From positions 56,360,001 through 56,424,000 of the forward strand of contig NC_087437.1 of the NCBI RefSeq assembly GCF_036321535.1: a stretch of 64,000 nucleotides of DNA, written 5' to 3'. Origin of the DNA: Camelus dromedarius (Eukaryota). The notes under the pieces were generated by a model. It saw only the letters and a program-made list of their open reading frames with translations, ran no database searches and was not told where the DNA came from. Every line of letters starts with the position of its first letter. Within the stretch, counting starts at the first letter, position 1. Below, one piece after another: positions 1 to 11,921 of the stretch. Position numbers and translations under genes: made by a program.

Positions 1-127
1 AACCTGAGATCAACGTTTATTGAAAGTTATCCTCTCCAAAATATGATATTCGCTATCATAGAGCTTCACCCGCCCCCTAATAAATACAACACTCTGTTGA
101 AATGTATCACAAATTTAATTCCATTGA

Positions 128-880
128 TGTAACAGTCTGAGCCCAGGCAGGAGGTAAATGGAAACCACTTAGATTTAACAGGGGAAGTTAACTATAAGAA
201 CTATTAGCCATGATAAAAAAAAAAAATAACTAAGATATAAGGAAGCTCTATGATACCCTGGGGCTGACAGAGTGCCCAAGAAACCACAAATTTGGAAGGG
301 ATTTAGATCTCACTGAAGAAAGTGTGGTTCAGCCACCGGATAGCAGAGATGGCTGGGATTGGTCTGGAGTTGCAAGACAAACAGCTATTGCCAAAGCCTC
401 TGTTTGCAAATGAGCTGCAGGGAGTCAGCAAACTGGTGCAGGAGGGCAGCGGGAAACCCGGCCCCCACAGGGCAGAAGGGCTTCAGAGGGAGGCAGACCC
501 TGCTGGGGTTGGGAAAGGCTTGTCGATGAAAGCACTGCAGGGTGTGTGACCCTCTGGGCCACAGGGAGTTGGGGCTCACCCAGAGAGGCTAGACAGGTGG
601 CTGTGGGAAGACTATCACCCGGCGGAGGCTGAAAGGTCCTAGAGAGACGGCGTTCCGAGCCCGTGGCTGGGGCAGGCTCAACATACGTTCGCACACCCGC
701 GTTGTTGACCTCTAGTCCGTGGAGGAAGCCTTTGCCTTCTGCAGTGTACCCCCACCGCCCTCTAATGAGAAAGCTTGGTGTCCATTTATAAGGAGAAATG
801 ATGGTAGGAATCCCATTTTTGATCATCGAGTATGTACTGAAGGATGCATTTGGAGCAGAAAGACAAGTTATTGTTAATTT
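128..880 (-). mobile_element. ERVL solo LTR, LTR41-like (ancient eutherian)
   Basis: Segment gcagtgtacccccaccgccctctaatgagaaagctt...ggagaaatg...gtatgtactgaaggatgcatttggagc resembles the recalled LTR41/LTR33 consensus in reverse orientation; boundaries approximate. Confidence 0.6.
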
Positions 881-2074
881 ACTTATGTAATTTTAAGGGA
901 ACTCAGCTCTGACGTGTTGGAAAATTCTCTACACTTAAGAATCAGATAATCAGGATTAAAATATTCATGTTATTTACTAATATTACTTAGTACCTCTATG
1001 TGATTTGGGGCTGTACACTGCTTTTCTGAGCTTTAGTTTTCTTGTCTGTGAAATACTCACATGACCTTCCTCAGAAGATTTTTGGGAGAATTAAATGAGA
1101 TATATAAATGAGAATGCCTGGTACTGAAAATGTAAGTATATTTTATTTAGTCAAACTTCTGAAATCATTACATTGTTTATAAATTGTAAGCTAATAGTTG
1201 TGTCTGGAAACTAGATTGTTGACAAAAATAAGATGATTCCATAACTTATTTTTAGATCTAAAAGAGGCTTTGGAGATCACTGAATCATCTCCTTTGACAG
1301 TTGAGGAAAATGAGTCTCAGGGAGCAAAAGTGACTTGCCTACATTTGTACAAAGGTGGAGTGGCAGAAATAGAACTGAGACGCTTGTAATATACCAGTTG
1401 GCACACACTTTGGGGTTAATAGTCAAAACCCAAACCGAAGCTCAAAGCTAACAAACAAAACTCAGTTTTTAATTTGGTTTTAACTTTATTTCCATGATTG
1501 GTGAGTGTGGTAATAAAAGCAAGGAGTCCTGTTAAGCAGGAGGGTAAGGAAGATCTGTGTGCAGTCAGCCTATTGTGATGCACAGGAAGAATCTTCTCTA
1601 ATCTGGCCAGCGTATGCTCCTTAATTTAGGAGATGCAAAGGTTTCCTGTAAAAAGAGATCCTTTCACCACTAACAGGTCCTGTTCATGTTCTTTTTGGAG
1701 CAACTGTTTGGAGCCTTTTCTCTAAAGCATTTCTCCCTAATTGTTTAATATTCATACCAGTTCCTAAGTCTCTTCACTGTTTGAGCCCTAGCATCACTCT
1801 GCCTTCCTCGGAGGAGAGAGCTCAGTACAAAATGCTGGTTGCTAAGCAGTGCCTATTTTTACTCCACTGGAGCAGAAAAGAGGCCCACTCAGTGAGATTT
1901 TATCACCAAGGGTAGCTACTGAGCGGCTTTTATAGGTTAAGTATTTACCAGTGTTTCTCTGTGAAACTATGAACTCCATGGTTTCGCATCCGAGATGAGG
2001 GTGTAAAACTGAGGCAAGGACCTGCTCAAGGAAATGTATTAACAAAATAATAGGAAAAACTCAAAATGTGTTAA

Positions 2075-3450
2075 TACATCAAGTATTTATTGAGCTCCTA
2101 ATGCTGTTTATCGTTCTGTATTAGGTACTTGGGAAAATTATGAAACCAAACAGATTTGGCCCCTGATTTCATAGTTTATAAGTTAAATGGAAAGAGAGAC
2201 AATCAAAAGCACCAAATGACAAATTGTGATAAGAAATAAACACTTGGCTGAGGCAGAATAACAAGGAGAGAGGGAGTTTGTTTCAAACAGAGAACAAAGA
2301 AGAAGTCTTTCTGAGATTGAGGTGCAAAGACCAAGAAAGCACCAATCATGAGAAATGTATTCCAGGCAGAAGGAACAGTCTGTGCAAATGCCCTGGGTGA
2401 GGTAGTGACAGTGTGGGAAGTGGGGTAAGAAGTAGAGAGTGGGGCAGGGAAGGAAAGAGCTTGCAGTGAAGAACAGAGAAAAGACCAGAGTAACTGGAGT
2501 TTAGTAAGTAAGGACATGAGGTTGATGGTACAGACAGGATCTGAATTTAGCTACAAGAAGTGAATGGAAATCATTGGGAGGACTTTATGCAGTGAATGAT
2601 TTAATTCATTTACATTTTTACAAGATTCTATTCATTTTCTGGAGGGAAACCAGTAGTAGGAGGACAAGAATGAAGCAGAAAGTCCATTTAGGAGGCTATG
2701 GCAAAGGACCAGGAGAAAGAATGATAGATATTTGATGACAGCAGTTGTGGGTTCGTCACCAGTTGTGGGTTCTGGCCCGCAGAAGTCCCACCGAGACGGA
2801 GTGAATTACTCAAGACTCTATGGAAAAGTCAAGAGGGCGAGAGGGAGTTGGGAGCCAACTCCGGGAGCCTCTCAGATCTCCCATATTTATTGAGTACAGT
2901 CAAAGGAGGAATACAGGAATTTAGGGAAGGACAGAGTGGGATCACAATGAGTACAAAGGCTTTGTTTATTGTTGGTGTTTGGCTCAAGGTCAGAAGACCC
3001 TTTTTGGTGAATCATGTTCGTGTTGAGCCATTCAGCTTATCAGGGTGGAAAGTATGAGAAACAGCTGCTTGACAACTTGGACTCAGGCGGCTGTGCCTGT
3101 CTTAGGTTGCCCCCCTCAGGGGGTCTTACCCGTCATTGGCTAACCAGCCTTCTCACCTCTAAGTCTGCAGCTTTCTATAAGTTGTTTACCATTCCAGCCC
3201 AAGGCTGTTTTGGAGATAGAAGACTAACAGCAGGCAGCCCAGCATTTATAGCGGGGGGCCTGGGTCATTGCTAAAACCTCAAGGCAGTTACTAAGCACAT
3301 CTTCTTTAAGGACATAAGTGGCTGGGATCTGTTACAGTGTGTTAACCCAATCATGGGCTCCCACAAGCAGTGGCAGTGGAAATAGCAAAAAAGAAAATCT
3401 GAAACATATTTAGGACAGAGAAGAAAAGAAACTTGGTGATGAACTCCTGA
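2075..3450 (-). mobile_element. L2 LINE 3' fragment, interrupted by the solo LTR at 2746-3365
   Basis: Begins with the L2 3'-end reverse complement (caagtatttattgagctccta); L2-type purine-rich body continues on both sides of the LTR. Confidence 0.7.
2746..3365 (-). mobile_element. Young ERV solo LTR, probably class II (ERVK/betaretrovirus-like), 620 bp
   Basis: Termini TGTGGG...CCCACA form a perfect 6-bp inverted repeat; exact 6-bp TSD AGCAGT at 2740-2745 and 3366-3371; minus-strand AATAAA (tttatt ~2886 and ~2965) and TATAAA (~3246). Confidence 0.85.
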
Positions 3451-3479
3451 TCCTCTACCATAAACCTGCTCCTTTTACA

Positions 3480-5265
3480 ATTTTCCAAATTTAGTTGGTG
3501 TCCTCTCCATCCTCTTTGTTGTTTCTCACACCCTCCATTCAAATATTCAGCAATCTGTTGGCTTTACATTAAAAATTTATCCAGAATCAAACACCTCTCA
3601 CCAACTCTGCCTCCAAATCCCGAGTCAAATCCACCATCATCTCTCATGTAGATTATTGCAATAGCCTCCCCTGCAGTCTATGATATGCACTCAGAGCGAT
3701 CCCATTAAAAATTAGATCAGATCATGTAAATTTCTCTGTTCAATATTTACAACAGTTCATCTCACCTTAAATAAGAGATAAATATCTTACAGTGGTTAAA
3801 AGGCTCTATGTAATCAAGTCATACATTATATCTCTTACTTTACCTTTTATTCCATTACGGCCAAATTGGTGTCTTTGCTATTCCTTAAACATGACAAGTA
3901 TGCTCCTACCTCAGGGCCTTTGCACTTGCTATTCCAGCTCCTTGAAATCTCTTTCTCCAGTTAGCTGTGTGATTTCCTGTCTCACCTTATAAATCTTTGT
4001 TCAAATGTCATCTTCTCAAGTAGACTTTCTCTCGTCACTCTAGGTAAAATGCTATTATACCCAGCAAGCTCTATTCTTTTTTTTTTTTTTTTTTTTGCTT
4101 AATTTTTTTTCCATAAGATTTGTTTCATCTGATACTATGGATTTTACAACTTCTTTTACATAGATTATTTAGCTCCGTTCAGTGGTGAATTTTTTTAAAT
4201 AGACTTTACTTTTTGGAACAGCTTTATATTTTCAGAAAAATTGAGAATTTAGCACAGAGAGTTCCCATATATCTGGTGCCTGGTTTCTCTTATTACTGAC
4301 ATCTTACTTTAGTATGGTACATTTGTCACAATTATTGAACTAATATTGAAACATTATTTACCAAAGTCCATAGTTTATTCAGATTTCCTTAATTTTTCTT
4401 TAATGTCCTCCTTCTAATCCAGAATCCCTTCTGCAGACTATATTACATTAAGCTGTCAAGTCTCCTTAGGCACTTCTTGGCTAGGACAGTTATTCAGACT
4501 TTCCTTGTTTTTGATGTTTTTGACAGTTTTGAAGAGTAATGGGCTGATATATTGCAGAATATCCCTGTCTTGGAAACTTTCTGATGTTTTTCTCATGATA
4601 AGACTAAGGTTATAGGGTTTCAGAGAGGGCGATCATAGAGGTAAATTGCCATTTTTATCACATCATATCAAGAGTGCATACTATCAACAAGAATTATAGC
4701 TGATGATGTTGACCTTGATCAGCTAGCTGACGTAGTGTTTATCCAATTTCTCTCCTGTACTGTTACCTCCCTCCCCTTATCTTTTCATACTGTAGTCTTT
4801 GGAAGGAAGTCACTCTGAACAGTCCACACTTAGTGAGGGAGGAGTTACGCTCCAACTGTAATTGTGTCCAACTGTAGTTACGCTCCAATATGTAAATTAT
4901 TTGGAATTCAGTCATTTAACTTTTATCAGTACAAACTCAAGGGTATTTTCTTTAGTGCTTTGGTTTATAATCCAGCACTACTTAATTTTGTTGCTCAGGT
5001 TGTTCCACCTTTGGCCACTAGGAGTGCTTCCTGTTGTTCCTTGACATATTTCCATCAATTGTTTTCAGCACTTTCTTAATTTCCAGCATTACGAGATGAT
5101 CCAGGATTATCCTGTATATTTCCTGTCCCTGTCTTAGAATCTGCCATTTTTCCAAGGAACAAAGGTGAACCTTTGTCAGTTCAATTATTTCTATATCCCG
5201 AGAATACAGAACAGTATCTGGCACAGAGAATTTGCCCCATAAATATTTGTTGAATGAATGAGTGA
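3480..5265 (+). mobile_element. L2 LINE 3' fragment, interrupted by L1MC
   Basis: L2 motifs such as ctcagggcctttgcacttgctattcc; ends with cagtatctggcacagag...aaatatttgttgaatgaatgag. Confidence 0.7.
4190..5165 (-). mobile_element. L1MC-type LINE-1 3' end
   Basis: ttttttaaatagactttac...gagagttcccatata...ggtacatttgtcacaatt matches the recalled L1MC1/2 3' UTR, antisense. Confidence 0.7.
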
Positions 5266-8200
5266 CCTGAAATCAGGATTAAGGGATAGGGCAGTTATGG
5301 TGAAAATCCCCCCTGCTTATCAGATTCTTATCTCATCAAGGCCAGAGGGATCTGACACTTCAGAGCAAAACCTTTTATTGGTAGAATCACAGGACCTAAT
5401 TTGGTTTATTCTCAAATTTTATTTTATTTTTTTAAGGAAACAGTCATTCTGAAAAAAGTGTATGGGAACATAAAATTCATTTATTTTAGATTAATAAGCA
5501 TTGCTTCCTTCAGTCAGAATTAAATTCTCCACCCTTGATGCTCCCCACCTTCTCATGCCCTAATTAGAGAACTTATTTTGTTCATCCCCAGTTGCCTAGT
5601 CTCTCTTGCAGTCTCTCACTAGGCTGTGAACAGCTCGACAACAGGGACTGTGTCTTAGTCTGTGCAGTGCCCAGAGCACCAAGGCAGCTGACACACAGGA
5701 TGCTCTCAGCAAGTGGTTGAAATGGACGGGCTGCACAAAGAGAGAATACAAGGATAAGATTAACTGTCATTGTTGGGAACAATAATAATTCAAATTACAA
5801 AGCAAGCATAATCAAAGATCTAAGTTTTTTTAGGAACAATTGTTTGAAAAAGGGTGCACTTCAATTCTGAACACTTAAGGGATAGAGGAAATTCAAAAGA
5901 ATGAACCCATTCTTCAACTAGGCTAAATAACTGTCTCTTCCCCCTTCTGCCTCTGTTGCTTCCCACAAATTCTAGCAAACAAACCTCAAAACTCTTAAGA
6001 TAACCCTCAGATACGATATAACTTCCTCATTTGAAAAGTAGAGGAACTGCGACCCAGAAAATGGAGAAACGATTTTTCCACGGTCACATAGGTCTGACGT
6101 ATAGATCTCAGTCTCCAAACGGCCGTGTTAGCCTTATTGGTGCTCCACTGGAAGGTCTCCATCTATATTAGCATCCTTAAGTATACATGTGTACTTCACA
6201 GTTACTTACTACAGTGGAAAATGCATGTCTGCTGAATAAAACAATGGATAGCGTAACTGAACTAATTCAAAGTTCTAATACTTTTAAGCATTTAATATTC
6301 TTTAAAGTGGGAGAAAGAGTGCATATTCAAAATCCACAAAAGACAAAGTTATTATTTCCAAATGTTAAAGAGCTAGAATTTGATCAAAACAGAAAAGGAA
6401 AAGGAAAGCAGCATCTATCGAGTCCTTATCACGTACAAGTCGCCTGTACAGGTTATTTGGTTTGATGTTTCAAACAACCAGATGTTAAATAAGTCACCCC
6501 CCCCCCCGCCCAGTCACACAGCTATTAATAACAGAGCTGAAATTCACACCTGGGTTCTGCGACTTCTATGTCTGGATACATCCTTTCTTCTGCATCATAA
6601 TTCTTCAAATCTCCAGGACTTGAACTATTCTGATTATAGATTTAAACCAAGTCTTACTGTGCCTATGTTACATATTATATCAAGGTTGTATTGATTTGAT
6701 TGATTACCTAAAGTCTTCACCCTGCAATCCAATTTAGTTCAAACAATATGTACTAAGTGCCTTCTGTGCTTTGAGCGCTGCATACCACGTGCACAGCAAA
6801 GAAAAAGATGGAGGCACCTGATCCTAAATGGGAAACACTCGCTCACACTTAATGGGAATTGAAGGGAATAGATGGGAACTTCTTAAACAGATGGGCAAAG
6901 TGCTAAATAAAGCATGGCACATGGGTGTTTGTGTGTACGTATACATATATAGCAAGAGCACTGCCTGGTGTGTGTGGGATGTGTGTGTGTACCCGTGTAT
7001 GTATGCATATGAGAAAGCAGCACCACGAATTTATCCTTGCCCTATATACATATTGCATATATGTAAATAGATGTATATGAACGCTCCTGTCTGGTTTTAG
7101 TAGGTTCCTTGTTTCCGCCACCGGGGCTGAAAGCTTAAAGGTGCAGTTTAAGGTGTTAATTTGCTAGCTTGTACATAACCCAGAGAAAGTTCACACCCAC
7201 TTTTTATGTATTTTTTTTTCCCGTGATGATGATAGTGCTGATGATCTGATCATAGCTCAAGATTTTGGAAGCACAGTAAGAAGAAGAATAACACAAAAGA
7301 AAAAAAAATTTAAAAAGCCTGACTGGCAAAAAAATTTTAAGAAAAGAAACTTCTTCACAAGGACTTCGGCTTTCCTAATAAGTTCGTTTTTTATCTCAGA
7401 CTTGGCACGTTGTATCAGCAGGCCTTATTTGTCAAATTCCAAATTGATAGCTCTCCTTTTCTATTCTCTCGTCTCAAATTAATTTTCTCTGTCATACTTC
7501 AAAGAAATTCAGAAAAAAAAAACACTCTTATGCTGTTCCATTTGTCCTGACATACATAAACGGTGAGTTTATAATAGTCATTTGATCCAGCTAACCTCTT
7601 CTTTAGTCATTGTGAAACTCGCATATAAGAGCAGGTCACTTGCAGTCTGACCTTTAAGACTCTCAGTAATGGGCTGCACTTTTTGACTGTCAGATGTCTC
7701 TCCATCGTCTTAAGAGATGGTCCTAAGTCTGAAGTCACGAGCTTGAGTCCAGACAATTGGGAAAAATCCCTCTTTCTCTGTTTTCTTTGAAATTTTAACT
7801 ATATGGATGCCAAGATTTCCATTAGCAGAAAATAAAACATAGTATTTAAAACCACTTAATGAGCAGAACTAACTCTCAAACCAGGAGTGGGAATAGGAGA
7901 CTCAAAAAGAGACTTCTAATTTTTTATGGTGATTAATTCAGGAAGAGCCAACATAGGATACAAAGTGAGAGTGTGGGGTGTTAGGTTTTAACAGAGTTGC
8001 TTAAAACCAAGGAATATACATGACGGAGACAATTTGCCAGATGGAACCGATTGGAGGGATTTTAAAAATTTCTCTGAACTCCTTTGCCCTCTGTAACCGT
8101 CTACAGCTCTCGTCCCGTCTCCCTTCTGTCATATATATTTGTGTGCTCTTGCCTCCTTTGAGATTCCAAAGTTTTGTTGAGGGCAGAGGATGCGCCTGAC

Positions 8201-9854
8201 TCAGAACATCCTTCTCCATAATGCCTTGCACAGTACTTTGTACACAGTAGGTGCATGGTAAACAATGATTGATTGGTTCCAGGCATATAAAGGGATGCAA
8301 AGATAATATTAAGGGCATGTGAATTGTAGTCTGTGGTTTCTGTATCCCTGCGTTGTGTTGTCAGTTCCAGAGAGTCATTTTTGCTCGCTATACCTTAGAG
8401 TAAGACATGCCAGTGGGTTGAGAAAGACAGCCACATGATTTAATGTTGCCTAATACATCAGGGCTTCATAGGTGATAAGATATCATCTTGTTACATCAGC
8501 AGGGGCTAACTTGATGAAACCAAATCACATGGCATTTGTGCTCATGTCAGGCAGCTGCCATAAAAGATGCCTGGGAAAGATGCTGGCAATCTCCCTCTTG
8601 AGATGCCAACTTCATTTAATTAGTTTGCAGACTATGCAATTTCACCCACTCGTTTTACACTGAGTTCTTTTCAAAACCTCAGCTCTGAGTTTTGAGTTTT
8701 CAAAGGTAAAGATTTCCAAAGAGTTATAACTACTTAATATGAATAGAATATGAAAAGCATTAGTGGAGTAGTCCATATGAAATAATAATGATGATTACAG
8801 TAATTTTAATAAAATTGTCTTCTGACATCTTTCTCATGAGGAGTCAACTGTCTCATTAAACTGCAATGCAATGCCAGGTGGAGCTCAGAGCTAAACACTG
8901 AATCCTAGTGATGGAGAGACTGACTACCCCTGTGTTCCATGGACGTAGGCAAATAATAAATCCAGGGCTGCAAGGTAGTGTTGGGTCTTGTGACTGAACA
9001 GACTACACCAAAGCAGCATCATAAAGAGAACATGATGTGGCAGACCTGGATGCTGGTCCCTTTGCTGATATTTACTAGATACTTAAAATCACATCGATCA
9101 ATTTGAGCCTCCTGTTAAAGCTGGGAAGGACATTTCCCACTTCTTCACTTTCTTACATAATTGTTTTGAGGATCAAGTCATAGGTGATAATGCCTTGTAA
9201 GGTATATTAAAATGCATAAGCATAGACAATTACAATCATTTCAACATATCCAGGGAGGACTTTTCCCTCTTCTTACGTAGTAACATAGGAGCTGACCCTC
9301 CGGCTACTCTGTTGGGTACCTCTGACTTCTCACAGTAAATCAGGAAAGCATTTTAAAAACATACATCTTCTGCTGCAGTGTTGATCCAGCAAAAAGTGTT
9401 TATTGAATGTGTGTGTTGATCAATAAATATATACCAAGTACCTATCACATGTAAGGAGTTGCGCTAGACTTTGGGGAGAATAAGAATTAGTATCAGCTAC
9501 GGTTCCCTTAGGATACCTGTGGTTCCTAGAAACAAGAGACAAGTTAGAAATTCTTTTTAAGTCAAGCGGTGGGGCAGGAAATTGCATTGAAATACGTTAC
9601 TCCACTTAAGCCTTGTACTAATTTACCTTTTGAGATAGATTTTTTTAATCCTCATTTTACATGTGTCGATACTGCAGCATAAAGTTAGATAACTTATTCA
9701 AGAATCCATCACCAATCAGTCAGAAAGTTGGAAATTCAACCCAAGCTGGGCTCTGGGCGAATACTAGGAAATCCTGGCCAACTACAGTGGGACACCTGAT
9801 GGTGTTGTTGTGGTTCCACTTTCGTGTGTCGACACTTTGGGGAAACTGACACTC

Positions 9855-9929
9855 CTTTCTCTTCCCCTCTCTCTCTCTCTCTTTCTCTTTATCCCTTTCA
9901 CTCTCTCTCTCTCTTTCTCTCTCTCTCTC
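9855..9929. repeat. Imperfect (CT)n polypyrimidine microsatellite
   Basis: Directly visible CT dinucleotide runs. Confidence 0.9.
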
Positions 9930-10984
9930 CAGTGGTCTGCTTCATAATGAACTCTTCATTTAAATGTTGTTTCATATATGGTAGTTTCATATGATTTCAT
10001 TTATCTTCTCCAAATGCTTGCTTATCACAAAGGTGATGAGGGTTCTTTCTTCATCTTTACGGGTAGTTTGTGACATGTTAAATAACATCTCAGAAACATC
10101 TGACGTGTTTGTGAATATCTGATTTAAAAATCAGAAAGAAAATACAACTGCACATTTATTGAATGAATAAACACTTAAAGTTAGCATTGGTACCTCTAAA
10201 ACTTATTTATTACAAAGAATGTATACCAAATAATATTTTTCTGTTAATGACCGTTACAAAATTGGAGATCTAATCCAATAGAAAATTGTTTTTGCAACAT
10301 TAAGTATGAACAAATAAAAGGAAGATTACTAACTTCATGAAACCATACATCTAAAAGTTAAAAAAAACTTTTCAGTAAAACATTATTAGTAATATTAAAA
10401 ATGAATTAAAAATCAGATATGCTAAAGCATAAAATACTAAACAGTATTCTCAGTCTATTTGTCTCCTTGGAATTTTCTATAGTTCATGATTTAAATTTCA
10501 GGATTCTTTTTATTTTTTTATTTTTTTTGCTTTTATTCCAAACTAAAAACTGAGTTTTGATTTGTATTTCCAAAGGGGTTTCCTTTATGTACAAGTTACT
10601 TATTTGCTCATTTCTCCATGGAGAGAAAGAGCATTTCTTTTTAATCCTTTTCCATAAAACAAAATATAGACACCCCTATTTTTAGAGGAATAGTACCAAT
10701 TTTATTTCTTTCAAAAATGCATTATTATAGAATAATTTAGATAAAACATCACAAAGTTCACATACAGTCTTATCATCTTAACACTTTAATTCTTTTCATT
10801 TTTATATTAGGGTGAAGGCCTATAAATACGAGTTTTGAATTCTGTGTCTTCAAATCTAAGTATCATAAGAATTTTTATACTGTGTGTAATTATAATATCT
10901 AATGGCTATGTAATACTCTGTCACATGACATTTCAAAATTGTCTAAATCATTTTCCTACTTTTTAACCAAACCAGGTTGTCATT

Positions 10985-11921
10985 TTTAAAATTGTGGTTA
11001 AATACACATCACACAAAATTTATCATCTTAACCAATCCTAAGTGTACAGTTTGGAAGGGTTAAGTATATTCACGTTCTTATGCAGCCAATCTCCAGAACT
11101 CTTTTCTCTCTTGCAAAACTGAAATCCCATATCCATTAAACAACAACTATTCTTTCTCCCTCACCTGCAGCCCCTGGCAACCACCGTTCTCCTTTCTGTC
11201 GCTATGAATTTGACTACTCTAGGTACTGCATGTAAGTGAAGTCACAGTATTTGGCTTTTTGTGATGAGCTTATTCCACTTAGCATAATGTCTTAAAGGTT
11301 CATTCACATTGTAGCAGGTATCAGAATGCTCTCAGTATGTAAGGCTGAAAAATATTCCGTTGTACCTGTATACAACTTTTGTTTTCCTTTCGTCAGTCAG
11401 TGAACCCTTGGGTTGCTTCCACCTTTTGGCTATTGTGGATACTGCTGCTGTGAACATGGGTGTACAAATGTCTGTTAAGACCGTGCATTCAATTCGTTTG
11501 AGTATATACCCAAAATGGAATTGTGAGATCATATGGCAACTCTATTTCTAATTTTTTAAAGGAATTGTACCTTTTTCCATAGATGCTGCACCGTTTTACG
11601 TTCCACCAACAATGCACAAGAGTTGCAAATTCTCCACATACTCACCAACACCTGTTATTTTCTGGGTTTTGTGGGAAGGGCTTTGTTTTGTTTGTTTCTA
11701 TAGTAGCCATCCTAACGGGTATGAGGTGGTATCTCGTAGTGGCTTTGATTGGCACATCTCTGACGGTTAGTCCTACATAGATCTCTCAATGTGCGTATTT
11801 GGCCCCTTGTATATCTACTTTAGAAAAATGTCTATTCAAGTTCTTTGCCTATTTCTTAGTTGGGTGATTTGCTTTTGTCTTTGAGTCAGAGAAGTTCTTT
11901 ATATATTTTGGATATTAACAT
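10985..11921 (-). mobile_element. 5'-truncated L1MB-type LINE-1 (3' UTR plus ORF2 C-terminus), nested in an older L1 remnant
   Basis: L1MB 3'-end motifs; ORF 11332..11532 contains TDICTPMFTAAVSTIAKRWKQPK (L1 ORF2 C-terminal); 12-bp TSD caggtt(g/a)tcatt at 10973-10984 and 11922-11933. Confidence 0.85.
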
